This document shows, piece by piece, positions 11,001 to 20,095 of a stretch of 64,000 nucleotides of DNA; position 1 is the stretch's first letter, and every line of letters starts with the position of its first letter. Under the pieces are notes generated by a model, which searched no databases, had not been told where the DNA came from, and saw only the letters and a program-made list of their open reading frames with translations. The translations under genes were made by a program, and so were the position numbers. The DNA is from a virus, in the IMG/VR virus record IMGVR_UViG_3300034524_000084, positions 1-64,000 of that record. One strand, written 5' to 3'.

Positions 11001-11351
11001 ATGATAACTATAAAAGAAATAAAAACTAACGAATATCCCACAAGGTATGTAGCTTTCAAAAATCCCACCTATTTTGTGGAAAATATTAGTCCACAAAATA
11101 GAGGAGGATATGAATTTGCAGTTTATTATGAGCCTTACCAAAATAAGGAATATCCACATATAACAGATGGTATATATATCGAAATAGTGTCTTATCAAGG
11201 CAAAAAAATTTTATTGGATTGTCATTTAACAATACCTAACAAAAATAGGCAACAGAAAGGTTTTACAAAGCTATATAACAGCTATAAAGAAGCCAAACAA
11301 GAGGCTTTTAAGTGGCTTGAAGAAGCGCATAAATTTTTACAAGAAGTTTAA
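11001..11351 (+). CDS. Hypothetical protein
   Basis: AAGGAGGT RBS. Confidence 0.72.
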   Translation: MITIKEIKTNEYPTRYVAFKNPTYFVENISPQNRGGYEFAVYYEPYQNKEYPHITDGIYIEIVSYQGKKILLDCHLTIPNKNRQQKGFTKLYNSYKEAKQEAFKWLEEAHKFLQEV

Positions 11352-11431
11352 TAGATTTTTTAAAAAACACTTGACAAATGATAAAGATAATGATATAATT
11401 AAATTAGAAATTAAAAAAGGAGGAATTAAAA

Positions 11432-11947
11432 ATGGTAAAAGTAAGAATTCCAGGTTATAACAGACAGGAAGGCTACAGAGTCTTTGAGGTTTTAGATAGG
11501 GATGAGGTAGAAAAAATTTTGGACGAATTAGACCCCACAGACATTTGGGATATGACTTATGATGAAGGTGATGGTTATAGTTTTTCAGGAACGGCTTATA
11601 CTTACTTGGATGCAAGGGATGGGACATTACATACTGCTTGGTTACAGCAAAATACGACAGAACACCCATGGGATTCATTTTACAAAATTATCCTCTGTAG
11701 TATGGAAACAGGGGATAATTGGTGGGATTTTATGACACCAGATGAGCTATTAGACTGGGACGAACAAAGAGAGTTTTTAGATTATGATGGTACACTTGAA
11801 GAGTTTATTATGGAAAAGTATGGAGAAGAAGAATTGCAAAACAGAATAGAGAATGCAAAGGATTATTGGGCTTATGAGTTTAATTTTGATTGGGACTATA
11901 TAAAAGAACAGTTAGATTATCTTTACAGCTTTATTATAGAGGACTGA
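11432..11947 (+). CDS. Highly acidic hypothetical protein (possible DNA mimic or anti-defence protein)
   Basis: 171 aa, rich in D/E/W/Y; own promoter and terminator. Confidence 0.78.
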   Translation: MVKVRIPGYNRQEGYRVFEVLDRDEVEKILDELDPTDIWDMTYDEGDGYSFSGTAYTYLDARDGTLHTAWLQQNTTEHPWDSFYKIILCSMETGDNWWDFMTPDELLDWDEQREFLDYDGTLEEFIMEKYGEEELQNRIENAKDYWAYEFNFDWDYIKEQLDYLYSFIIED

Positions 11948-12107
11948 AAAGTCCTCTATTTTATTCATAACAGCAGATATATTTTAATTGCATAAATTAT
12001 TTAAACATTTTTAATTTAAAGACTTTAATTTTATTCTTGACAAATAAAATTAATAATGCTATAATTAGTATAGAATAAAAAACAAATTATTAAGGAGGAG
12101 ATTAAAA

Positions 12108-12304
12108 ATGTTAACAAAAAACAAAAAGAATTATTAATACAATTGGCTAATCTTATAGCTGAAATTCAGAATGAAATAGACGTGCAATATGAACAATATA
12201 ATGACATAAAATTTGCGGCAACTATAGAATACATTTTTAATAACAGCGATGATTTTTTAGTTATGCATAAAGTTATTGAAAGGATATTAAGAGAGGAGGA
12301 ATAA
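12108..12304 (+). pseudogene. Small gene frameshifted in an A6 tract
   Basis: Promoter, RBS and ATG; one extra A at 12116-12121 would give MLTKKQKELLIQLANL...ILREEE. Confidence 0.55.
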
Positions 12305-12308
12305 TGAA

Positions 12309-12509
12309 ATGGATAAAGAAATTATCAAAGCTTTTGAGGAATTTAAAAATTCAAGTATTAGTTTTGCCGAAGTAATTTTAAAGCACAATTTAGATAGAGA
12401 GAATAATTTTTGGGAAAACTATCCATTTAATAAAGATTTTGCAGAAATTGTAGATGATATAATTGATTGGTATAATACCATTTTTAACGAAAAGGAGGAG
12501 ATAAAATGA
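12309..12509 (+). CDS. Small acidic hypothetical protein
   Basis: GAGGAGG RBS; YPFNKDF motif. Confidence 0.7.
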   Translation: MDKEIIKAFEEFKNSSISFAEVILKHNLDRENNFWENYPFNKDFAEIVDDIIDWYNTIFNEKEEIK

Positions 12510-12619
12510 AAATTTTAAGTGTGTTAGGTGAATTATTTACTTTGATTTTAGGAATGTTTACAATTTATTTGTGGGTATGTATTTTAGCAGTTACATTAAA
12601 ATAATAAGGAGGTATTGGT

Positions 12620-13486
12620 ATGAAAATAACATTATATACTAATTATTTAGCTATTTCGGGAATAGACATAAAATATACTTTCGATTTAGATACATTAGAA
12701 GGGACAAAAGAATTTGTAGACTATCAGGAAGGAATAGTAAAAACCGATATTATAACAGAAAAAGACAAGGAAATAATCAAAGCTGAATTGGATAATATAG
12801 AATTTCAACACAAAATCCAAGAAGCAAAAGAGATGAATAAAAAGAGTATAAAATTATCATTTTATAAATCTCCTGAAAAACATTTTGAAGAAAAATTAGA
12901 AGGGGCTAAAGAAAAATTGAAAAAAGACCTGTTTAACATGGTTGCAGAAATTGAAAGGGAAGTCCAATATCCATTTCAGTATAATAATTTAATAATTATT
13001 AGAGATAAAATTAATAATAATAAATTTTTTAAAGACCATATAACAGTTGAGCAATTACAGTTATTAGAAAACAAAATAAAACAAGCTAAAAAGATTAAGG
13101 AAGAGTATGAATATAAACACGAGATTATATTTAGTGTTAAACAAGATAATAATAACAGTATATTTTGTTATATGGATAGTAGCGGTTATTATTATCTTGT
13201 AACACAAAGACAGTATAAAACTAAAGCTATAACAGAATTATTTAGACAATTACTTACACAAGAAGGTTATATAATAACAGACAATGAATTAACATTGCTT
13301 GATTATTATATATATAGAGAGACAAAGAAAAATATTGAAATAACAAGGATTGAATTAGAAAGAATGAGACAAGGCAAACAAATGCCATATATTATATATC
13401 AAGAAATAGGAGACAGAATGTTAAAGAAGATTTTTGACCCGTTATTGATAAACGAAAATTATAATGATATAATAACAGTAAATTAA
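12620..13486 (+). CDS. Hypothetical protein
   Basis: 288-aa ORF with RBS. Confidence 0.78.
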   Translation: MKITLYTNYLAISGIDIKYTFDLDTLEGTKEFVDYQEGIVKTDIITEKDKEIIKAELDNIEFQHKIQEAKEMNKKSIKLSFYKSPEKHFEEKLEGAKEKLKKDLFNMVAEIEREVQYPFQYNNLIIIRDKINNNKFFKDHITVEQLQLLENKIKQAKKIKEEYEYKHEIIFSVKQDNNNSIFCYMDSSGYYYLVTQRQYKTKAITELFRQLLTQEGYIITDNELTLLDYYIYRETKKNIEITRIELERMRQGKQMPYIIYQEIGDRMLKKIFDPLLINENYNDIITVN

Positions 13487-13493
13487 ATTTAAA

Positions 13494-13940
13494 ATGGAGG
13501 GGATTATTGTGGATAAAGATATTATTGAGTTATGGGAAAAGAATAAACACAAGCTAAGAGAATATTTTGCTACTCATGAACAAAGCCTTTATCCTGATTA
13601 CGAAAGTTTGGTTAAGTTAATTGTAAAATTTATACTTAATGATGAGGGTAGTCTTGAAGAATATGACGCAGACAATATAACAGTTATTACTAATGGGGAT
13701 TATCAAGGAATACTTATATTTATTATCCCTAAAGATATGTATTATCCTACAGAGGAAGACTTTTTGGTAACATATGTATATTATGGTAGTTGTGAAGCGT
13801 GTGATGTATTAAAAGGTATAAGATATGCTTATTATGATGATGCTTATTATGATGATGATAGTGTACCTAATCAAGAACAAATTGAAGATTATATGACTTT
13901 ATGTTTGCATATTATTCAACATATGAAAAAATTGTATTAA
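13494..13940 (+). CDS. Conserved-looking acidic phage protein
   Basis: GDYQG...YGSCxxCD motif; true start probably GTG at ~13509. Confidence 0.75.
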   Translation: MEGIIVDKDIIELWEKNKHKLREYFATHEQSLYPDYESLVKLIVKFILNDEGSLEEYDADNITVITNGDYQGILIFIIPKDMYYPTEEDFLVTYVYYGSCEACDVLKGIRYAYYDDAYYDDDSVPNQEQIEDYMTLCLHIIQHMKKLY

Positions 13941-14111
13941 GGAGGGATATTATGAATTTACAAGAATTAGAAAAAGAATTAAAAATTTGGGAGGATTATT
14001 TTAAAAAATCCTCCCAGTATTTGAAACCTGATGAGATAAGATATAGTTACAATTTCATGCAATATAACAAAATAAAAGAAATGATACAAAAACTTAAAGG
14101 AGAGGAAAACA

Positions 14112-14471
14112 ATGGAGCATAATAGTATAACAGCAAAAATGGTAGAGACTTTCCTGAAAAAGACATATAACAGAATTAAAAAGGATGCTTTGTATGTTAT
14201 GCAATATTATTCGCAATATCCAACACTTATAAATGATTATTACAAGTTATTGGGTATGTATTCTGACAGATTGTGGAATTTACATAGTTGGGTGAAGAAG
14301 GTTGACAATACCGCAAAGTTACAAGAGCTTTTAAGGTCTTACGATAGAGAATATAAAATATTTAAAAATATGGAAAAAGATGAGTTTTTATATAGTGATT
14401 TAGCTGACTGGTATGAAGATATTATTATTGGTTTAGAAAAAATTATGCAAAATTTTTCTAAAGAGTATTGA
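14112..14471 (+). CDS. Hypothetical protein
   Basis: GGAGAGG RBS. Confidence 0.7.
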   Translation: MEHNSITAKMVETFLKKTYNRIKKDALYVMQYYSQYPTLINDYYKLLGMYSDRLWNLHSWVKKVDNTAKLQELLRSYDREYKIFKNMEKDEFLYSDLADWYEDIIIGLEKIMQNFSKEY

Positions 14472-14715
14472 CATTATAAGAATAACGATTTATAATAATG
14501 CAAAAGGAGGAGATATTATGACTATAACAGCTTTCAATAAGTTTATGCAAGATTTAAAAAATTTTGTTAATAAAATGAATGAAAATAATATACCTAAAAA
14601 TGAGCAAAAAATTTTGTTAAAGCACTATATAACAATATATAACATTCAACATAACAGTAAAATAAATTTAAATAAAAATAATATTGATTTATTAGTAGGA
14701 TAAGGAGGATTAGTT

Positions 14716-14973
14716 ATGGAGGAATTAAAAAACTTGATTAATATGTTTAATAGCATATTAGACCAATTAATAGAATTACAAGAAATACAAAGAAAGATAA
14801 ATGAGGCTATAAGCTTTGAAAGTGAATTTGATGATAATGGGTATGAAATAGTTAAAGCTTTAGTGATAGATAAAAATAAAATAGAAAAACTTGTAAAAAT
14901 ACACATGACTTTTAGTGAAGATTATGAATATTTAGAAGATAAGATTAAAGAAATGCCAGTAATTTGGAGATAA
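14716..14973 (+). CDS. Hypothetical protein
   Basis: AAGGAGG RBS. Confidence 0.7.
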   Translation: MEELKNLINMFNSILDQLIELQEIQRKINEAISFESEFDDNGYEIVKALVIDKNKIEKLVKIHMTFSEDYEYLEDKIKEMPVIWR

Positions 14974-14985
14974 GGAGGAGATAAT

Positions 14986-16116
14986 ATGAGATTTAAAGTA
15001 AATAAAATAGAGTTAGAAAAAGCTTTAAATGTTGTTAAGGAGGGATTAGGAAAAACATATCCTATTTTGAAAAATGTACTTATAACAGTGGATAATGGAA
15101 AGATAATAAAATTTACTGCATTTAACTTAAAAGAAATGGTGAGTTATACCATTATTTCTAATATTTCTAAAGATTTAGAAGATGGAGCAGTTGTGGTTGA
15201 TTTAAAAGAGTTGTTAGATATAGTAAAAACTTTGCCTAATATAGAATTAGAAGCATTTATAGAAGATAACAGATTTATAATACAATATAATGATTCTCAA
15301 ATACAGATAGCTATTAATTTAAGTCCTGAAGAATATCCAATGAGCATTCATGTTGTTGATATAGATAATACATTTGATATAACAGTAGAAAATTTACAGA
15401 GTGCTATAGACAAAGTAATATTTGCAGTGGATAAGGCAGGAAAGTATACATCAAGACCAGTATTACAAGGTGTTTTATTTGATATAACAGATGATACGAT
15501 AAATATAGTGGGTTCAGACGGGTATAGGATGGCATTATATCAAACAAAAATAAATTGTAATATTGGGATAGATACCCAATTAGTTATACCTGCTAAATTA
15601 TTAGAAAAAATTTATAAAGTTATAAAGTTAACTAAATATAAAGGAGATATAGAGGTTTATTATAACAGCAAAAATATATCATTCTATACGGAAGAATTTG
15701 AGGTGAGCGGTTATTTGGTGGATGGAAAATATTTTGACTATAAGGCAGTATTGCCAAAAGAGTTTAATACTAAGCTAATAGTTAATAAAAAAGATTTTGA
15801 AAGTATGCTCAAAAGAATGAAGGCTATACCTTCAACAAAAGAAATGCCAATGGCAAAAATTATAACAGACAATAATAAAATTTACATACATTCCCACAAT
15901 GGAACTATGAGTTTAATTGAAAATATGCCAGCTAAAATAACAGGTGATAAAGTGGAGATAGCTTTTAGGGTGGCTTATATTCTTGATTATTTAAAGAAAG
16001 TTGGTACTAAAGAGGTGGTAATAAATATTGTGAATTCAAATTCACCAGTTATTTTAGAGGAAACTAATGACAATGAAAAATATCAATATTTAGTTATGCC
16101 AGTAGCTTTAAATTAA
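14986..16116 (+). CDS. dnaN: DNA polymerase III beta sliding clamp
   Basis: 376 aa; YPILKNVLI, RPVLQGVLF, GSDGYRMA, GKYFDYKAVLP, C-terminal YLVMPV. Confidence 0.93.
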   Translation: MRFKVNKIELEKALNVVKEGLGKTYPILKNVLITVDNGKIIKFTAFNLKEMVSYTIISNISKDLEDGAVVVDLKELLDIVKTLPNIELEAFIEDNRFIIQYNDSQIQIAINLSPEEYPMSIHVVDIDNTFDITVENLQSAIDKVIFAVDKAGKYTSRPVLQGVLFDITDDTINIVGSDGYRMALYQTKINCNIGIDTQLVIPAKLLEKIYKVIKLTKYKGDIEVYYNSKNISFYTEEFEVSGYLVDGKYFDYKAVLPKEFNTKLIVNKKDFESMLKRMKAIPSTKEMPMAKIITDNNKIYIHSHNGTMSLIENMPAKITGDKVEIAFRVAYILDYLKKVGTKEVVINIVNSNSPVILEETNDNEKYQYLVMPVALN

Positions 16117-16209
16117 CATAATACATATAACAGCAAAGGAGGTATGGTTATGAGTCCATGAAATATAAATAATAATAACAAATGAATGGCAATTTAAGGG
16201 GGACAACGA

Positions 16210-17334
16210 ATGTCAAATGAAATTGATATATTGAACAATGTTAAAAAACCGTTATTTTTACCCAATACACAATTGATGACTATAAAGATGGTTGCAGATT
16301 ATTATGAGGTTGATACTAAAACAATTGATAAAATTATAAATCGTCATTTTGATGAATTAACAGAAGATGGATATGAGGTTTATTCAAGGGCAGAATTAAT
16401 AAATCTTTGGATTCAAAAAAATGCCAATTTTAAAAATTTAAAAGGTAAAACAGTAGTTACTATTAACAATCAAAATATTATTATACCCAATAGAGGTTTA
16501 AGGCTTTTTACAGCACGAGCTTTATTACATATAGGTATTTTATTAAGGGATAGTATAATAGCCGAAAAAGTAAGACAAGAAATAATAAAATCAGGGAATT
16601 TAAAATTAATTAAGATGTTAGAAGATAATAATCCTAATATACATAAAAAACAGATGACACTTTATGAAATATTATTAAGTGTATATAAAGATATTTGTGT
16701 GATAGAGAAAGAAAGAAAAATTGGTGCTTATAGAGTGGATTATTTAATTAATAATAAAATTGTTATTGAATGTGATGAATTAGGACATAAAGATAGAAAT
16801 AAAAAATATGAAAAAGAAAGAGAAGCATATTTAAAATCGTTAGGATATATAGTAATTAGGTTTAATCCTGATGATAGTAATGCTAATGTTTTTGAATTGT
16901 TAAATAAAATTAATAAATATCTTTATGGAGGTGAATATTTGGTGTTATATAATATTTTGGAAAAAGTAAAAACACCAAAATTTATAAAAGGAACAAAATT
17001 AATGAATATTAAAATGTTGGCAGATTATTATAAAGTAAGTGTGGAAGACATACAAAAAATAATTAAAAATAATGATGAATTCAGTTATATAATAGATATT
17101 TCAGACAAGAAAAATATTTTATTTTCAGAAAAAGATATTTTAAAAATGGCAATGTTTTTAGATGGAGATGTGGCAATGAAAGTTAGAAATAAGATATTAG
17201 ATATATATGAGGCATCTAATAATCAAACAATAACAAAAGAAGACAGATTATTATTAAATATTATATATTCTGATACAGAAGAAAGCAAATTAAAAGCATT
17301 AAGAGAATATAAAAAATATAAAAATATGATATAA
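16210..17334 (+). CDS. DUF559/Vsr-like endonuclease flanked by duplicated DNA-binding-like domains
   Basis: YRVDYL...IECDELGH...ERE.YL...G..VIRF core; IKMVADYYEV and IKMLADYYKV repeats. Confidence 0.7.
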   Translation: MSNEIDILNNVKKPLFLPNTQLMTIKMVADYYEVDTKTIDKIINRHFDELTEDGYEVYSRAELINLWIQKNANFKNLKGKTVVTINNQNIIIPNRGLRLFTARALLHIGILLRDSIIAEKVRQEIIKSGNLKLIKMLEDNNPNIHKKQMTLYEILLSVYKDICVIEKERKIGAYRVDYLINNKIVIECDELGHKDRNKKYEKEREAYLKSLGYIVIRFNPDDSNANVFELLNKINKYLYGGEYLVLYNILEKVKTPKFIKGTKLMNIKMLADYYKVSVEDIQKIIKNNDEFSYIIDISDKKNILFSEKDILKMAMFLDGDVAMKVRNKILDIYEASNNQTITKEDRLLLNIIYSDTEESKLKALREYKKYKNMI

Positions 17335-17381
17335 ATTTTGAAAAATTGAAATAACAAATTGATATCAAGGAGGTAAAATGT

Positions 17382-18161
17382 ATGGAGGATGAAATTAAAT
17401 TAGAGTTAGTTAAAAGCGAAGAGTTTTTAGGTGTTAAGTGTGATTTTTATAGAGACCAAGATAATAATATATATATGACAAGGGAGCAAATTGGGCAAGC
17501 ATTACAGTATAGTAATCCTCTTATTTCGATAAGCAATATACATAATAGAAATAAAGAAAGATTAGATAAATTTTCAGTGGTAATCAAATTGATTAGTACT
17601 GATGGAAAACAATATGATACTACTTTATATACAGAACGTGGTATTTATGAAATATGCAGATTATCAAAACAGCCAATTGCAAATGATTTTTATGATTGGG
17701 TGTACGACCAAATAACATTAATTAGAAAGGCAGGGGGAGTAATTAATGATAAAGAGCTTTTTATTGAAACTTATTTTGGGGCATTAGATGAAGCCAGGAA
17801 AGAACTTGTGAGAGGTTTTATGACCCAAATTGAAGAACAACAGAAACGTATATTGGAAATGCAACCAAAAGTTGATAAATGGACAGCTTATATGGACAGC
17901 AAGGATAATATAACAGTTGAAAAGTTTGCAAAAGCACTTAACATTCCAAACATTGGGAGAAATAAAATGTTTGACATTTTAAGAAAACATAAGATTTTGA
18001 GAGATAACAATATGCCATATCAAGATTATATTAACAGAGGTTATTTTGATGTAATAATAAATGTTGTAAATGGTTTTAATGTAACACAAACACTTATAAC
18101 ACCAAAAGGGGCTGAGTGGTTGTACGACAAGCTCAAAGAATGGGGTTACATAACAGCTTAA
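17382..18161 (+). CDS. Phage antirepressor (BRO-N plus KilAC/ANT)
   Basis: MTREQIGQALQY...LYTERGIYEI; C-terminal QPKV...IGRNKMFDILR...PYQDYI.RGYF...TLITPKG. Confidence 0.88.
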   Translation: MEDEIKLELVKSEEFLGVKCDFYRDQDNNIYMTREQIGQALQYSNPLISISNIHNRNKERLDKFSVVIKLISTDGKQYDTTLYTERGIYEICRLSKQPIANDFYDWVYDQITLIRKAGGVINDKELFIETYFGALDEARKELVRGFMTQIEEQQKRILEMQPKVDKWTAYMDSKDNITVEKFAKALNIPNIGRNKMFDILRKHKILRDNNMPYQDYINRGYFDVIINVVNGFNVTQTLITPKGAEWLYDKLKEWGYITA

Positions 18162-18416
18162 TTTTAAGGGTTTTGCGGTTTTCCCATAAAAACCGCATTT
18201 TATAAAAAATATTGACAAATACAAATTATGATGATATAATATAACAGGAGGTGTTTAAATGGGCGATATAAAGGAATTCAAAGGACGTATAGATGTTAAA
18301 TATATTGAAGAAATTATTAATAATTTATCAGAGGAAGAAATTCTAAAACTTTTAAGCTTGCCAGATGAAGAAATTATGGAATTATTAGATGTTGATGATG
18401 AGGAGGGTGATGATAA

Positions 18417-18944
18417 ATGAGAGAATATTATGTTAGCACTAAAGAAGTTGAAGGCAAAAAGTTTTATTATATGGATTTTGGGTATGAAACTCACGGAAGA
18501 ACAAGTTTTAGGTTGTGGGTTTCTTCAAAATTAATAAAAACAGATGATAATAATAGAGAATATATAGAATTCCCTATAACAGCAAAGATAGTAGAGACCG
18601 AAAAAGGAACTACAATTTTGAAACCACTACAAGAAGGTGAACAATATTATGTATTTGACTTATATCAACCATGTGGTTATCGAGGTAGTGCTTATATAAC
18701 AGTGTTAGAACCAGAGCCTTTAAATGTTAAAGTTTACAGGTACTACCATTCACCATTAGGAAATTTAGGAGAAGATTATGGTATGTTAATTATGGTAAAT
18801 TCTGATAAGGTAAAAATTAAATGGGAAAGAACAGGACGTACTTACGGAGCACCCAAAGAAGGATACAGAGTGTATTATGCCGATGGGAAAACGGAAGAAA
18901 TAGAACATATTGATTTAGAGGATTTGGAAGAGATAGAAAGTTAA
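18417..18944 (+). CDS. Hypothetical protein
   Basis: 175-aa ORF with RBS and downstream terminator. Confidence 0.75.
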   Translation: MREYYVSTKEVEGKKFYYMDFGYETHGRTSFRLWVSSKLIKTDDNNREYIEFPITAKIVETEKGTTILKPLQEGEQYYVFDLYQPCGYRGSAYITVLEPEPLNVKVYRYYHSPLGNLGEDYGMLIMVNSDKVKIKWERTGRTYGAPKEGYRVYYADGKTEEIEHIDLEDLEEIES

Positions 18945-19069
18945 AGTGAGAGGGTATTTTACCCTCTCACAAAATAATAATAAAAACATTCCTCCTCTAG
19001 TGTATAAAATACATAAGAATTGAATATAATAATAACAGAAGATAAAAATATGAGGAGGAGGTGTGTGTC

Positions 19070-19408
19070 ATGAAAAGGGGTGAGATATGGTTAGCTAATT
19101 TAGGGAAAAGAGAGGGGTCTATACAAAGTGGTATAAGACCCGTAATAATAGTGAGTAATGATAAAAATAATGAACATAGCCCTACTGTTAATGTAATACC
19201 AATTACAAGTAATATTAATAAAAACAATTTACCAGTGCATGTATATATTGGGATTGAATGTGGATTATTAAAACCTTCTGTTGCGCTGGTAGAGCAAGAC
19301 ACAACAATAGATAAAACAATGTTAATTAAAAAAATAGGACAATGTACATATCAAACTATGGAAAAAATTAATCGGGCTATTTTGATACAAAAGGGATTAA
19401 TAGCATAA
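19070..19408 (+). CDS. mazF: PemK/MazF family endoribonuclease
   Basis: KRGEIWLANL...SIQSGIRPVIIVSND..N..SPTV.VIPITS...HV; start taken at ATG 19070. Confidence 0.9.
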   Translation: MKRGEIWLANLGKREGSIQSGIRPVIIVSNDKNNEHSPTVNVIPITSNINKNNLPVHVYIGIECGLLKPSVALVEQDTTIDKTMLIKKIGQCTYQTMEKINRAILIQKGLIA

Positions 19409-19432
19409 TAACAGTTAGGGGGGAATGAAAAT

Positions 19433-19708
19433 ATGAATTTTGTTGTATTAATAGAAGTTGAAAAAGAAGCAAAAATTAAAGATTTAGATAAAATTATTAA
19501 TATCCTCAATAAAAAAAATAATATAAAAGGTGATATATATTGTCAAATAGATAATAAACATATTATTAAATGCTATATTTATCCAGAACAGAAATATAAA
19601 ATAAGCGATATTGAAAAAATGTTAAATAATTATAATACTAAGGTTGAGGAAATAAAGATAATAAAAACAAAGAGGGGTGAAATAAATGATGATGACAATG
19701 AAGAATGA
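19433..19708 (+). CDS. Hypothetical protein
   Basis: RBS; in operon. Confidence 0.6.
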   Translation: MNFVVLIEVEKEAKIKDLDKIINILNKKNNIKGDIYCQIDNKHIIKCYIYPEQKYKISDIEKMLNNYNTKVEEIKIIKTKRGEINDDDNEE

Positions 19709-20036
19709 TATAGAGGAGGAAGTAATTAAGCTTGCCGAGCAATATGGATATAATGTTAGAATTTTGTATGATAATTCTTTATTGATAACATCTAAATATT
19801 CTGAATGGTATGTTATTAATAAGAGAAATTATTTTTTACTAAGACATTATAGTAGTAATAGTAAAAAAATAAGATTTCACATACAAAAAAATAGAGGTAA
19901 TCAAAAATTGAAATTTGATAATTTATATAAGGTGTTTAAATATATATATAATCATGATAGGGCAGATATAATAAAGAAGAACAGAGTACCTTATCGTATT
20001 GAAAGATTATTTTATTTAATAGAAAAAGCAAAATAA
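19686..20036 (+). CDS. Hypothetical protein
   Basis: RBS; in operon. Confidence 0.65.
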   Translation: MMMTMKNDIEEEVIKLAEQYGYNVRILYDNSLLITSKYSEWYVINKRNYFLLRHYSSNSKKIRFHIQKNRGNQKLKFDNLYKVFKYIYNHDRADIIKKNRVPYRIERLFYLIEKAK

Positions 20037-20095
20037 AAATGTTGACAAATACATATATTATTAATATAATATAGGTAAGAAAGGAGGAAAATAAA

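Larger units (their letters stand above)
5508..14496 (+). promoter_or_regulatory. Series of near-consensus sigmaA promoters, roughly one per early cassette
   Basis: TTGACA-N17-TATAAT (or TAAAAT/TACAAT), mostly with an extended TG, starting at 5508, 5875, 6662, 7572, 8236, 8608, 9412, 9888, 11371, 12037 and 14468; also at 18212 and 20042. Confidence 0.85.

Noticed and set aside
12506-12605. Arbitrium AimP-like peptide
   Set aside because: A small hydrophobic ORF with no mature-peptide tail and no adjacent TPR receptor gene.
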